From the NCBI RefSeq assembly GCF_000143415.4, contig NW_003314262.1, positions 1,539,960 through 1,603,959 on the forward strand: a DNA stretch of 64,000 nucleotides. Direction: 5' to 3'. Position numbers and translations under genes: made by a program. Source of the stretch: Selaginella moellendorffii (taxonomy: Eukaryota; Plantae; Lycopodiophyta). Under the pieces are notes generated by a model, which was given only the letters and a program-made list of their open reading frames with translations, did no database searches and had not been told where the DNA came from. Position 1 is the first letter of the stretch, and the number at the start of each line of letters is the position of its first letter. Below, in pieces: positions 1 to 10,600 of the stretch.

Positions 1-783
1 ATGCAAAAACAAATACTCCCATCAGACTTTATCACAAGACGAGGTTCACATGCCCAAGGACTCTACGACTTTCGAATAACACCCTTCTCCAACATCTTCT
101 TAACATTTGTATATAAAATTTTAATATTTTTGGGTGACCGACAACAAACAGGAATCTTGATTGGACGAGCATCCCCAGTTAGAATTGGACGACGTATGGC
201 AATCTTGGCTCTAGATAATAAGTCAAATTCAAAGAGATCGGCATACTCTTTCATGAGCTAGTCAACTATTGTAACATAAAGACTATCGGAGGGATTAAAA
301 AAGGGAAGAACAGAACAAAACAGAAATATAAGAGAAAGTAATGTGGACACAAAAGTAATGGAAGGAAAGGTAGAAGTAAAAGGACAAAGAAGTATGAAAG
401 TGAGAAGAATGGATAAAATATAAAGACGTATGAGATAAGGGGGAGAAGCTGCAAAGTCACACGTGGCATGATTGCGTTGGAACCAATCCATACCAAGGAT
501 GAGGTTAAAAGTTTGACTTGACACCACCACAATGACTGTAACTCAAGTTTGAGATTGCCCACATGCATAACTAGGTCCACCTTATCTTATGCATATATGC
601 ATGTATACGGCCGTTGCCATAAAGAATAAAAACTAGCTCTGCCGCATGATATAAATGTAGATGGCAACGTGTAGCAATAGGTCGAGCAATAAAAGATAAA
701 CTCAAACCTATATCAACCAACATGGAGAGAATAATAGGAAACCTTTTATTATAAAAACAAGCTTGGAAAGTAAATATTAGATG
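1..783 (-). mobile_element. Degenerate Ty3/Gypsy relic (protease and start of RT), interrupted by DNA transposon copy 1
   Basis: ORFs 258-580 give FNLILGMDWFQRNHATCDF (retropepsin C-terminal motif). ORF 63-254 gives IKILYTNVKKMLEKGVIRKS (RT N-terminus). The sequence continues colinearly after 13432. Confidence 0.75.
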
Positions 784-787
784 AATT

Positions 788-811
788 AAGCTCTATTTCG
801 TTAAAGTGGGA
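788..811 (+). repeat. Left TIR of copy 1 (AAGCTCTATTTCGTTAAAGTGGGA)
   Basis: Exact reverse complement of 13405-13428 and of 51515-51538. Confidence 0.97.
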
Positions 812-1403
812 TTTATTCAGTAAAATGGGACTAGGTACAAATTTTCAAGTATTTGAAAATGACGTGAAATTATATGTTTTTTGTCCAGGGGCTAGACATA
901 TCTGGGGCATGGTGACTAGCGCGGTGACTTTGTGTCCAGACTGAGTCCATCTGGTTGTATAATAAATCTCATTGTCAAGGTGAACAAGCCGAATCTGAAG
1001 CTAAAGAAGAGCGATGGCATGCGCGCACACACTATTTGTTTGTTCATTGAGCGTGTGGTGAGCTTTCCAAGATGAACGTCATTCCTATTAGCCAGACATA
1101 TAACTTAATGGTGAGAACATTTAGATATTATTCAATGTTATCTTTTTCTAACGAATCTAATTGTGAAGGTGTAGCAAGAGGCATTGCTAGTCTGGAGAAG
1201 TCATTTAACTCATTTGACCCTTAGTGTATTTTCATGAAACTAAATAACATTCATATTATTAAGGAATTTCTCTAGTACCTTTTTTTTACGACATAGAGGC
1301 TTGCATTTCTTTCAAAGGTGATTTAGTAAAAGGCCTGAGGGCACATGCCATTCTATTTCTCAGACCAGTATTAAGATATACTAGTGCAAAGGGCCACATG
1401 CCA

Positions 1404-4400
1404 TCACGCCTCCTCTGATTCAGATTCGGATTGTTCACCTTGAAATAAAATACATTAGAAACTTAGTAAAGGAATATTAAATCTCACCTTGAACCCGGGT
1501 TATGAATGCTCTTGCTACATCTCTTGCATGGTCTGGCAAGGTGATGGTGGCACTCTGCTTCCGCATCCAACCATGCACAACATTATCCACCGATATGCTC
1601 ATGCTAGGATCCCTTGGATTCAGCACCCATCTCTTTTCTAGGCAATCCTTCGTATATCCGGAACTTGGCTTGAACCACTCCACAGTTACATTGAAGGAGT
1701 TAGTTTCTGCGTCCTCCTCTGCATCAGTGATGCAGCGCCCCACCCATATCATTTGTTTTTTATTACTGGGTCTGACAAGCACGACCATTCCTTTGCAGAC
1801 CTGTACTGGATTGAATGCTGAATCCGGCTTCTTGTTCCTCGGCCCACAATAGTGATCCTCAACATCGTTATCTGTCACTGCATTTCCAGAGGACATTGTT
1901 CCGCTACTATCTGGTGCTCTGGGTTCTGGCCAAAAGGACTCTTCCAATTCTTCATATACAACCGGCCCATTTTGGATAGCAGATATAATCTTCTCCCAGT
2001 ATTCGAGCAAAGGCTTGCACCTCTTAAAATAGGATTCTCCACCAAACACCAACCCCCTCTTCCAGAAGGCAATATGCTGTCTAATCCCGGCCACTATACT
2101 TTCCTGGTCTTTGAGTCCATTCGGGTGCATCGGCCGTGGGGAACCCTGAGGAATCATAGGTTCCCCAGTTATGGGATCTCTCTTGAAGAGTTCAATGCCG
2201 TCCACTGGCAGCCACACTGTGTCCCATTCTCTCATCTTGTACCTCATCACTGGAGCACCGTCACGCATGCTGAAATGAAACTGAAGAGGCTTGGAGTGGC
2301 CAATCAGCGTTTCGGATCCGTCCCTGATGTAGCCTCTTACAAACCCCTTAAAGTCTGGAACCTCTGTCACAAGTGCAGCTTCAACAGTGCCTTTGATGCA
2401 ATTTTGGAATTCATCGTAGAGTTGTGGGAGGGTGAGGACATTGGATCGCCGGAGGGACTCTGCCAGGTGACTGAACATGGCATCGACGTCTTCATGAGTG
2501 TGCCCAACCATGAGAAAGCCAAGTGTAACCGTTTCAAATATGCCTTTGGCAACAAGCATCGCCAAGTACGCGAAGACGTACATGTTTTTGTTCTCACTGC
2601 CAGCATTGTCTGTTTGGAGCAGAAGATGGGGTGGAAGGCCACATCGGCCGCAAGAACTTCCTTGAGATTCTGCTTCGTTTGGATGAGGCTGTGCATTCAC
2701 CGGGCGACCAGCCTCGTCGGAATGGCATGAGGCCTCACGTGATAACCCTACAATCTGACGGCCAACATATTCACTGGGATGGCATGGGGCCCCACGCGAT
2801 ACTGCAAGCCTTTGCTCCTCCTCCAGCTGAACCCTGTATGGGGTTCGATCGACAAGGGCCTTATGCAAGGGTTGGCCGTTCAGCTCAGTCTGCGCACTTT
2901 GCAGAGAACTTAAGTGTTTTGCTAGGGACGCAATCATCATGTTTGCACCCCTGCCACCCCATAGAGGTACAAAGAAGTTCCCATAGTTCTGGGCACCATG
3001 CCCATGAGCGATTATGCCAAACAGAGACACAGGTAGTTGCATGGATGAAGAGATTGCCTTGGGGGCAGGATTGAGTCGAGGTAAGCACGTCTTTTTCTGG
3101 TCCATTTTGTCGTGGATGATGCAGAGGTAAGAGTCAGGTCTCTCCATGGAGAGAATCCTGTTATGATAATATGCAGTCCTGCAGCTTCTCTGCTCGATGT
3201 TGTGGTTGAGCCGCCTTCTAACCAACGTCTCTCGCTCTTGAGCGCTGCAAGAATTCTTCGACAAAGCCATTTTGATAGCAGTGCACTCGTCACACTTTGA
3301 AAAGCTGGAGTACTTTCCTATACTCACATCCCTGAACCTGTTGCTCCACAATCTACTAAATCTAGATTGGCTCAGCTTCCTGTAGCCATTACTCTGGAGT
3401 TCCCGATTCACATCTTCCAATATGGCCCCCTTGGTATACATGGAAGGGAGAACTCGTTGGGTGTCTCGTGTTCCATCTTCCAAGAGGCGGGTTTTATGTG
3501 GTTGCTGCTCGCTACATGTCTCGACAAACCTCTTGAAGATTGCCTCTCCATATACAACATGACCCCTGGTTTTGTGCGTACCGTCGTTCCCATGGACTGC
3601 CTGTTGAACCCTTTGTTCCTCGAACTCAGTTTTGATTCTGTAGAATGTGGTTTGAGGGACTCCATAAATGATTCTCCATGCCTTCATGCAGACCAAACCC
3701 CTCTGGAAGACCATGCCCCCCACCTGATGTTCTGAAGCATCAACAGATGACCGTAATGCCTCATACACAAAATTGCGAGCTGCCTTTCAGGACAATGTCT
3801 TGTATCTTGCTCTCTCCTCTTCAATAGCATCCCAATCAGCATGTTGACAGCACCTCCTCTTGCAACAAGCAACTGTCGAGACCATTCGAACCTCCATCGC
3901 CATTTTCTACCTTTTCGGTTCGTTGCTCAGATCCCTTTGGCTGCGCTATAGGAAGGTGTACTTTCTTTTCCCATGAAGAGATGTTCTGTCATCAGTTGTA
4001 GTGGTGTTTGATTGTGAATCCTTCACATTCTCAAACACTAAATGCCTCAATTTCCACCGCACAATGCTTCCAATAGTCAGACTGTTTTCTTCTGTGTCAA
4101 CAACCTCTAAAATTGCAACTCCAATATCATCCCAGCCCAATTCTTGATTAGCAACCACATCTCTTGGATTGACAACTGTGGCTAAGCCCTCAGCTACCAC
4201 CTCCCCCTCGGGGTTGTTTAGAAACACCTTTGCCTGAATCCATGTAGCACGGTTCTTAAGATCCACGGAGGGAACATGCGTCGCACTTGCGCTGTCCCCA
4301 ACATCTGCTTTCTTCTGCAGATTTTTCAAGGCAACAACAACATTTACCCCGACGACCATCTCTCCTCGTTCAATAGCGACCACATTCCCATCGAAGACAG

Positions 4401-4542
4401 TCTCTACTAATACAGCAGCATTGCCTTCCCCAAGCCTTTGACAGTGTATAACAAAGTTCCGATCCATAGACACAAGGGTCCCTTTTGCAACTCTCTTCCC
4501 ACCATTCAAAATGTAAACCTTTTCCCCAACCCTGAAGGCCAT
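1404..4542 (-). pseudogene. Sola1-like DDD/E transposase, copy 1 (two premature stops)
   Basis: ORFs 3946-4542 and 1477-3768 share a frame, broken by TAG at 3946-3948 and 3907-3909 (sense codons in copy 2). Motifs: CCKRRC, VCMKAWRIIYGV, FSKCDEC, CIIHDKMD, LQTDNAGSENKN, FLMVGHTHEDVDAMFS. A probable short last exon (GEQSESESEEA*) ends at 1404. Confidence 0.85.
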
Positions 4543-4715
4543 TCTGAAAGTGCAGAAAAGAAGTTAAGACCATACAAAAAATGATTGGAGAATGGCCTAA
4601 ATCATAACATACCAAATAGCATGAGGCCACATGCCATTATTCAAACATGCTATTGACACCCACGTGAAATTTCGCATTCACAAAATTGGCATGAGCCCTC
4701 ATGCCATTAGTGGTA

Positions 4716-4958
4716 NNNNNNNNNNNNNNNNNNNNNNNNNNNNNNNNNNNNNNNNNNNNNNNNNNNNNNNNNNNNNNNNNNNNNNNNNNNNNNNNNNNNN
4801 NNNNNNNNNNNNNNNNNNNNNNNNNNNNNNNNNNNNNNNNNNNNNNNNNNNNNNNNNNNNNNNNNNNNNNNNNNNNNNNNNNNNNNNNNNNNNNNNNNNN
4901 NNNNNNNNNNNNNNNNNNNNNNNNNNNNNNNNNNNNNNNNNNNNNNNNNNNNNNNNNN
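4716..4958. other. Assembly gap (N run)
   Basis: Run of Ns starting at the centre of a long palindrome that is resolved in copy 2. Confidence 0.99.
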
Positions 4959-5167
4959 TATGCTAGTGATGCCATCTTGATATAAACACAGCTGCAGGCA
5001 ATTAAAAACATACATGACAATACGCTAGCCATGAAATCTCAAGGGCCCAAGATGGCATGTGGCCTCATGCCATTTCTAAATGTGGTCCTAAACCATTCCA
5101 TGTTGAACATACCAGGAAGCACAAGTGCCGAATATCAAGAGGAAGCGGTAGCCACACCAAAGACAGG

Positions 5168-5292
5168 GCCGCTCGCAACCCCGCAACTACTCGTAGCGCC
5201 GCTCGCAACACCGCAACTGCTCGTAGCGCCGCTCGCACAAACTGCCACTCGCATAAACTGCCGCTCGCAATGGCGCTCGCAATGCCGCAACT
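5168..5292 (+). repeat. GC-rich ~30-bp tandem repeat (GCCGCTCGCAACMCCGCAACTRCTCGTAGC x2 plus degenerate units) upstream of the transposase
   Basis: Read directly. Also present in copy 2 at ~46845-46970. Confidence 0.85.
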
Positions 5293-6096
5293 GCTTGTAG
5301 ACGCATAAACCACAGCTCACAACGCCGCTTACACAAGCAGCGCTCACTGCGCTCAGCGGAACCAAGAACACGGCGCACAAAAATGATAGACCTAGGAATG
5401 AGTTCGAGAATTCAAAAATAACACACGCTTGAACGTCACATCAAATCCTCTGACAAACCAGATCTTATGATTCCTCTGACAAATTTCAAACTGAGTAGCT
5501 TCTAGACTTTGCTGTCGGAGGTTGAACTTTGTCACATCATGTCCTTGCCTCGATCCAGCTGTGCCATGTCAGTGATTCGAACTTTGCCATGCCATGTCAG
5601 CGATCCGCGCCAAGATTATTCGCCGTGTAAAGGAATAATTATGCTGTGTGTGTACATCCATTTATGGCAATATAAGGCCACATGCTATTCAAAGAATAAT
5701 GCTAGTCGAGCATCTTTTGGTGCATTTTTGGGTTCAAAATTGCATGAGCCCACACGCTATAAAGTTTACCTGTACCAAAAATAGAAACAGCTTTATTTAC
5801 TTGGGAATTTATATGGCTGAGGCATTTTTAAACTTACAAACACATGCCCTACTTACATTCCTTTGGTTGCTTAAAATTCAAAAATATTATAAACCTTTCT
5901 TTTTGCATTTTCAATGTTTTCAATTATGGTTTTTGATTTTCGCAGGACCAGCCTAGTAATCTATTTGCATCCCGTCATGTTTATAGCTAGCTTTTGTTTG
6001 TCCCCTTCGCTAGCCTGAGATACATCTGCTCGGCATCTGCCTCTTACAGCATTTGCCCAGAAAGGGCATCTTTCTTCACGCAGCATTTGCCACATG

Positions 6097-6128
6097 TTTA
6101 GGGTTAGGGTTTAGGGTTTAGGGTTTAG
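6097..6128 (+). repeat. Interstitial plant telomere-type/telobox repeat (TTTAGGG)n inside the transposon
   Basis: TTTAGGG TTAGGG TTTAGGG TTTAGGG TTTAG. Copy 2 has (CCCTAAA)n at ~46007-46040. Confidence 0.9.
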
Positions 6129-7019
6129 CAATTCAGTAGCTTGATAAACATGCAAATACAGAACTTGATGCAAAATCCTTTGATATGTCACAATGCCCCT
6201 AGGACCATAAACACATTTCAATAGAGAGGGTCCTTTCATTTCATAACTCCTTACGTAGATCTTGGTGAAACCAGAGTTAGTGAAGTTGGTTTCTTGTGAT
6301 CCCACATCTGATTGTGATGTCCCTTTGCAGTGTCGATGGAAAGGTCAATGCACACCAAACTGTAGAATCTTGGAGCAAAATAACGGTCGGATCTATGGCA
6401 AATGCCCCTGAAACATTGTAAGGCTCGTGTGGTCTCATGTGGTGTCCGATCGAGATGCTTCTTTGCAGGGTCATCAAGAAGGACATTGTATACCATTCTG
6501 TAAAATTTAGTTGCGATCTAACGGTTGGATCTCCAGGAAACTCAAAACAATCTCGCGCGTGTCAGAATATTCTAGGAATATACTCCTATGTGCTCCTGAA
6601 AATGGCATGCGGCCCCACGCCATTCAAGAGATAACGCCAGATGACGCCGAGCATTTTTTGGTGCATTTTTTGGGATCAAAATTGCATGAGCCCACATGCT
6701 TGAACGTCATCCTCTGACAATTTATTTAGCTGAACATCTGGCATTTTTGGAAATACAAGATGCTTTGGAATATCCAATCATGCATGGTATAAATATAGCG
6801 AGGGTATTAAATGATATCCCAATCATGATCTTTCTTTTGGATTTCGCGTGCATGCAGTCCGAGGAATGATGACGTTGCGGATTTCTTTTGGATTTCACGC
6901 ATGCGCGTGCCGATCCAGAAATTAATGGTGGCGCCCAAGTCCGAGAAATGATGACGTGGCGGGATTACCAACCGTCGTGACATTTCGCGCGTGTGAGGTT
7001 AGGTTTTGCATTTTGGTTC

Positions 7020-7260
7020 GTACTCGCGCTCGCACACTCGCGCTCGCATCGCGCTCCCACTCGCGCTCCCACTTCTCTACAGGTTTCTCGTGTGCATCGG
7101 CGTCCACTCGCGCTTGCATCACACTCGCGCTCGCATCGCGCTCGTGTGCATCGGCATCCACTTCAAGACACACCCAGTTTGTAACTTCGCCGCCAACTCC
7201 GCCGCCCACTCCGCCACCCACACGCAGCCCACTTGGCGTCCCGAGAGATTTCAGCGCCAC
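7020..7260 (+). promoter_or_regulatory. CpG-rich low-complexity (CGCGCT/CGCACT) tract, probable promoter/5' region of the cargo gene
   Basis: Dense CG repeats just upstream of the cargo gene exons. Expanded in copy 2 (44620-44800). Function inferred from position only. Confidence 0.4.
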
Positions 7261-7605
7261 TCTCCAACTATAAGTGGCAGAGTAGCCTTGCTGCTACGAT
7301 CCGCTGCACACACAGTGCACATTCGCCAGCGAGTCCAGTTGTCACGCCTCCATTCGGCTTCAAATGGTAAGTCTTTTAGGCCAAGTAGAAAATGGCATGA
7401 GGCCACATGCCATTCAGTAGCAACATTGGCATGCACCGATTGGGCTCTCGAGTGCAGTCCGGTTACAGATGGCGTGTAGCCTCACGCCATCTTAGGATGC
7501 AGCCTCAAGACATCTGATGCAGTGGTGAATGGCGTGTGGCCTCACGTTATTTCCAGCTACTAGCTTTTCATCTGTCAGCTCTAATTGTTGTGCATTTCTG
7601 AACAG

Positions 7606-10600
7606 GCGAGGAATTGCGTTCTTCTTCCAGCCACTGTCAATGTGGATGCAGAGAAGGGGGAGGAGCTCACCAGTTGGACTTTCGGGATGGAAGGCGAGGA
7701 TCTGAGGCTGTACAACACAGATGGTGGGAGAAAAGAATGCATGGGGATCCTCATCCAAGTGACAGACACTCCATGCAGTTCCATGCAAGAATATGGACTG
7801 GCACTTGTGGTAGAGACAGCGTCTGCCTTCAAGATCCACCTTGCACATCCTAGCGGCTTCCCGGAGGGGGGCAGCGGCTATGAGGAATTCCTAGAGGGAG
7901 CTAGGGAGAGGTTGTCCAGGAGGCCCACAATTTCAAAGACGCTGCGGGTCTATGAAGATCACATGGAATCCACGGACCTCACCTACGGCGATGTTCAAAA
8001 ACTATATTCCAACATTGAGCCGTTGAGAGTGACTCCAGTTCGCGAAGCAAAGGGGAAGGGGGTCGATCTGGAAACTACCTCGAAGCAGAAAAGGGTGGTC
8101 AAGCTCAAGCCAACGTCCGACTCTTCTGCTCCAAAAAAGAAGCTACTCAGTGATGCCATTACCTCGGGTTCGAACACTACACCCACCAAAAAGAAGAGCC
8201 GCAAAGAGCAGAAAGAGCAAGAAGAGGCAGCAAAAATCGTCGCAGATAATAGTACTTGTTACTATTCCAACAAAGTATATACAATCGACGTGAGCCGTAT
8301 CGACATCCAAAGCAAATACAACCACAGGCTAGTATCTGATGAGTGGGTGGAGAAATTGAAGCAGAAGATGCTGGCAAGTCCAGTAACACCCGACATCGCA
8401 GACGTGATCCCCTACTACCAAAAAATGAAGGGCGAGATGAGGTTTCCAGACTTGATCAATAGGAAGGTGTTGGACGATCAGAACATCCGGTTCTATGCCG
8501 TCTCCGGGCAGCATTCTAGCTTGGCGATGCAAGAGATAGTTGTGGATATTATGGTGGGCGAGGAGGTGAAGAAAGTCTTCAAGACAAGAGTTGTCCGCCT
8601 GATAAAAGGCAACTCGCCCCTCCGATCTATCATATACATCTCCCACGCGCAGAATGTCAAGCAAGAAACGTGCTACAAATCGGGTCTGCACGAGACATTG
8701 GCACGAACACGAAAGCTCTGGGTTCAACTGAAGAAGCCACAAAAACCAGGACAAGGACGTGCACTAGCAACTAGCGCCTGGCAGGTAAGCCTCGTTGTAT
8801 GTGGCATAGCATGTGGCCTCACGCCATTTCCATTGAAGGAATTCTCGAGTCTTCTCTCGAAAACACTGGGGGTCAATGACACACTCAGCATCCATAACAT
8901 TCTACTCACGACAAAAGTTGTTTTTGACAAATGGGTAGATGTGCTGAGGAGGTACCATGACGGGGAGTTGCCAAACTCAATGGGTGTGGAGGACGGCCGG
9001 AAGCCCAATGATTTGAAGCTCAACGCCTTGCGTTTCTCGCGGTCTCTAGACGACGACGACCTTCTGACAGTGGCTAATGCTCTTCTACGTGGTGAGGTTG
9101 TCTTCAACAAGACCAAAATGACTCCCGGCCATATTGTGACATACGAGGACTTGTGCACGACTCTGAGAGCTCGTGCGCTATTGAAGGATTGGATCTTCGA
9201 GCAAGTGGCCGTGGAGAGGGTGAGCATCGACACCACGCAAGAGATGATGGAAGCGCTGGAGTTGTCAAATGAAGACATCGACGAGTACGTGAAGGGGGCC
9301 CCCAAGTTCATCGATCTGCTGCGGGATGCCACGAAAAGTAAAGCTGAGAAGTTGGATCAGTATCCAAATTTCATTAAGATTGATGTCGACCGCCGGCTTC
9401 AGAAACAGCTCAACCCCGCAGCAGAGGCCTATCGAGAACCTTACCGGGTATACTTGAATTCGGATGAGGATCAAAGGTGGAGGAGCATCGTTTCCCGCGG
9501 AGATGAGCAGGTCAAGAACATCTTTTGTGTGATGGACTTCACAAACGAGGAGATCACTCATGCAGACGAAGTCAGCTCCATCATTGACTTAATGGTGGGA
9601 CTTGCGGAGGTGGAATCTTCAGTCCACTATATGATCTACGACTCCGAATCCTATCACAAGTTCTGGAAGGCCTTGAACGAGGTGAAGGCTCGGTTGAAAG
9701 GCAAGGAGATGCGGGAGATCCATGGGATAATGGCTAAGAAGAAGATACCGACAAATGTCCGCATCTTCACACTCGCCCTTGTTATTGGTCCTGCAGCAGA
9801 GTGGGACTGGAGTGACTTCCCAGCTTTGTTCGACAAGGCCAATCGAATTGATCTGAGGGAGGTCAATTTACCCGTGCCTGAGGAACTGAAGACGGCTATG
9901 GAGCTTTCGAATCCAAAGAAAGCTCCAGGTGCAGCATGGGAAATGCTCAGCTGGGTCTTCAACGCAATAGCGGGTGGGTCACCTGCTTCCGACTCCAAGG
10001 GCAAATGCGTTGTCGAGTACAACTGCGGCGGACTATTCTTTCGAGCCGCACTACTCAAGGGTGTCCCGTGTGTTGCGGTGACAAACTCCATTGAAGAGGT
10101 GACTTCAATGGAGCATATAATTACAGTTGCCAAAGAAAAACAGTATCTTCTCTGCGAACCTGGTGAGTACGCACTTTAAGTTTAAATGTTATCTCACAAG
10201 CTCTGTATGCAGGAGCGTGGCCACCCCCAGATGCTGAAACGGCGTTAACAGCTACTGTTGAAGATACCCATGTTGGGCCGAGCTCACAACCTGCACAAGG
10301 TAAGGTCATGTGAGGCCTCACGCCATTTTGATTATAGATCGTTGTGAATATTCAGACACGAGGACTGAAAAGCGCACTGGTGGCGCATCGAAGAAGGACA
10401 AACAGAAAAGCAATAGGAAAAAAGGAGGTACAAATTATATTTGCAATGGCGTGTGGTCTCATGCCATTCCTTGCAGGAGAAACTTCTTCAAAGGCAAAAC
10501 AGGCAAGCACCAGCCAAACTCAAACTGATAGTGGTCATAAAAAGTGAAAGCACGTTGGACAGTCGTCGAGATCAGAGGCATTTGATTCGAAAAGGAAGAA

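Noticed and set aside
1502-3735. Plus-strand ORFs antisense to the transposase (and equivalents antisense to the cargo and pol genes)
   Set aside because: Shadow ORFs of real coding strands with no recognisable motifs.
4631-5032. ORFs containing X runs
   Set aside because: Artefacts of the N gap.
6097-6128. Chromosome end or fusion scar
   Set aside because: Only ~32 bp long, and present at the same internal position in both transposon copies.
5031-7479. Overlapping short ORFs in all frames (PLATPQLLVA repeats, Arg/Ala/Ser-rich ORFs)
   Set aside because: They result from GC-rich low-complexity repeats lacking stops. Frames are not conserved between the two copies.
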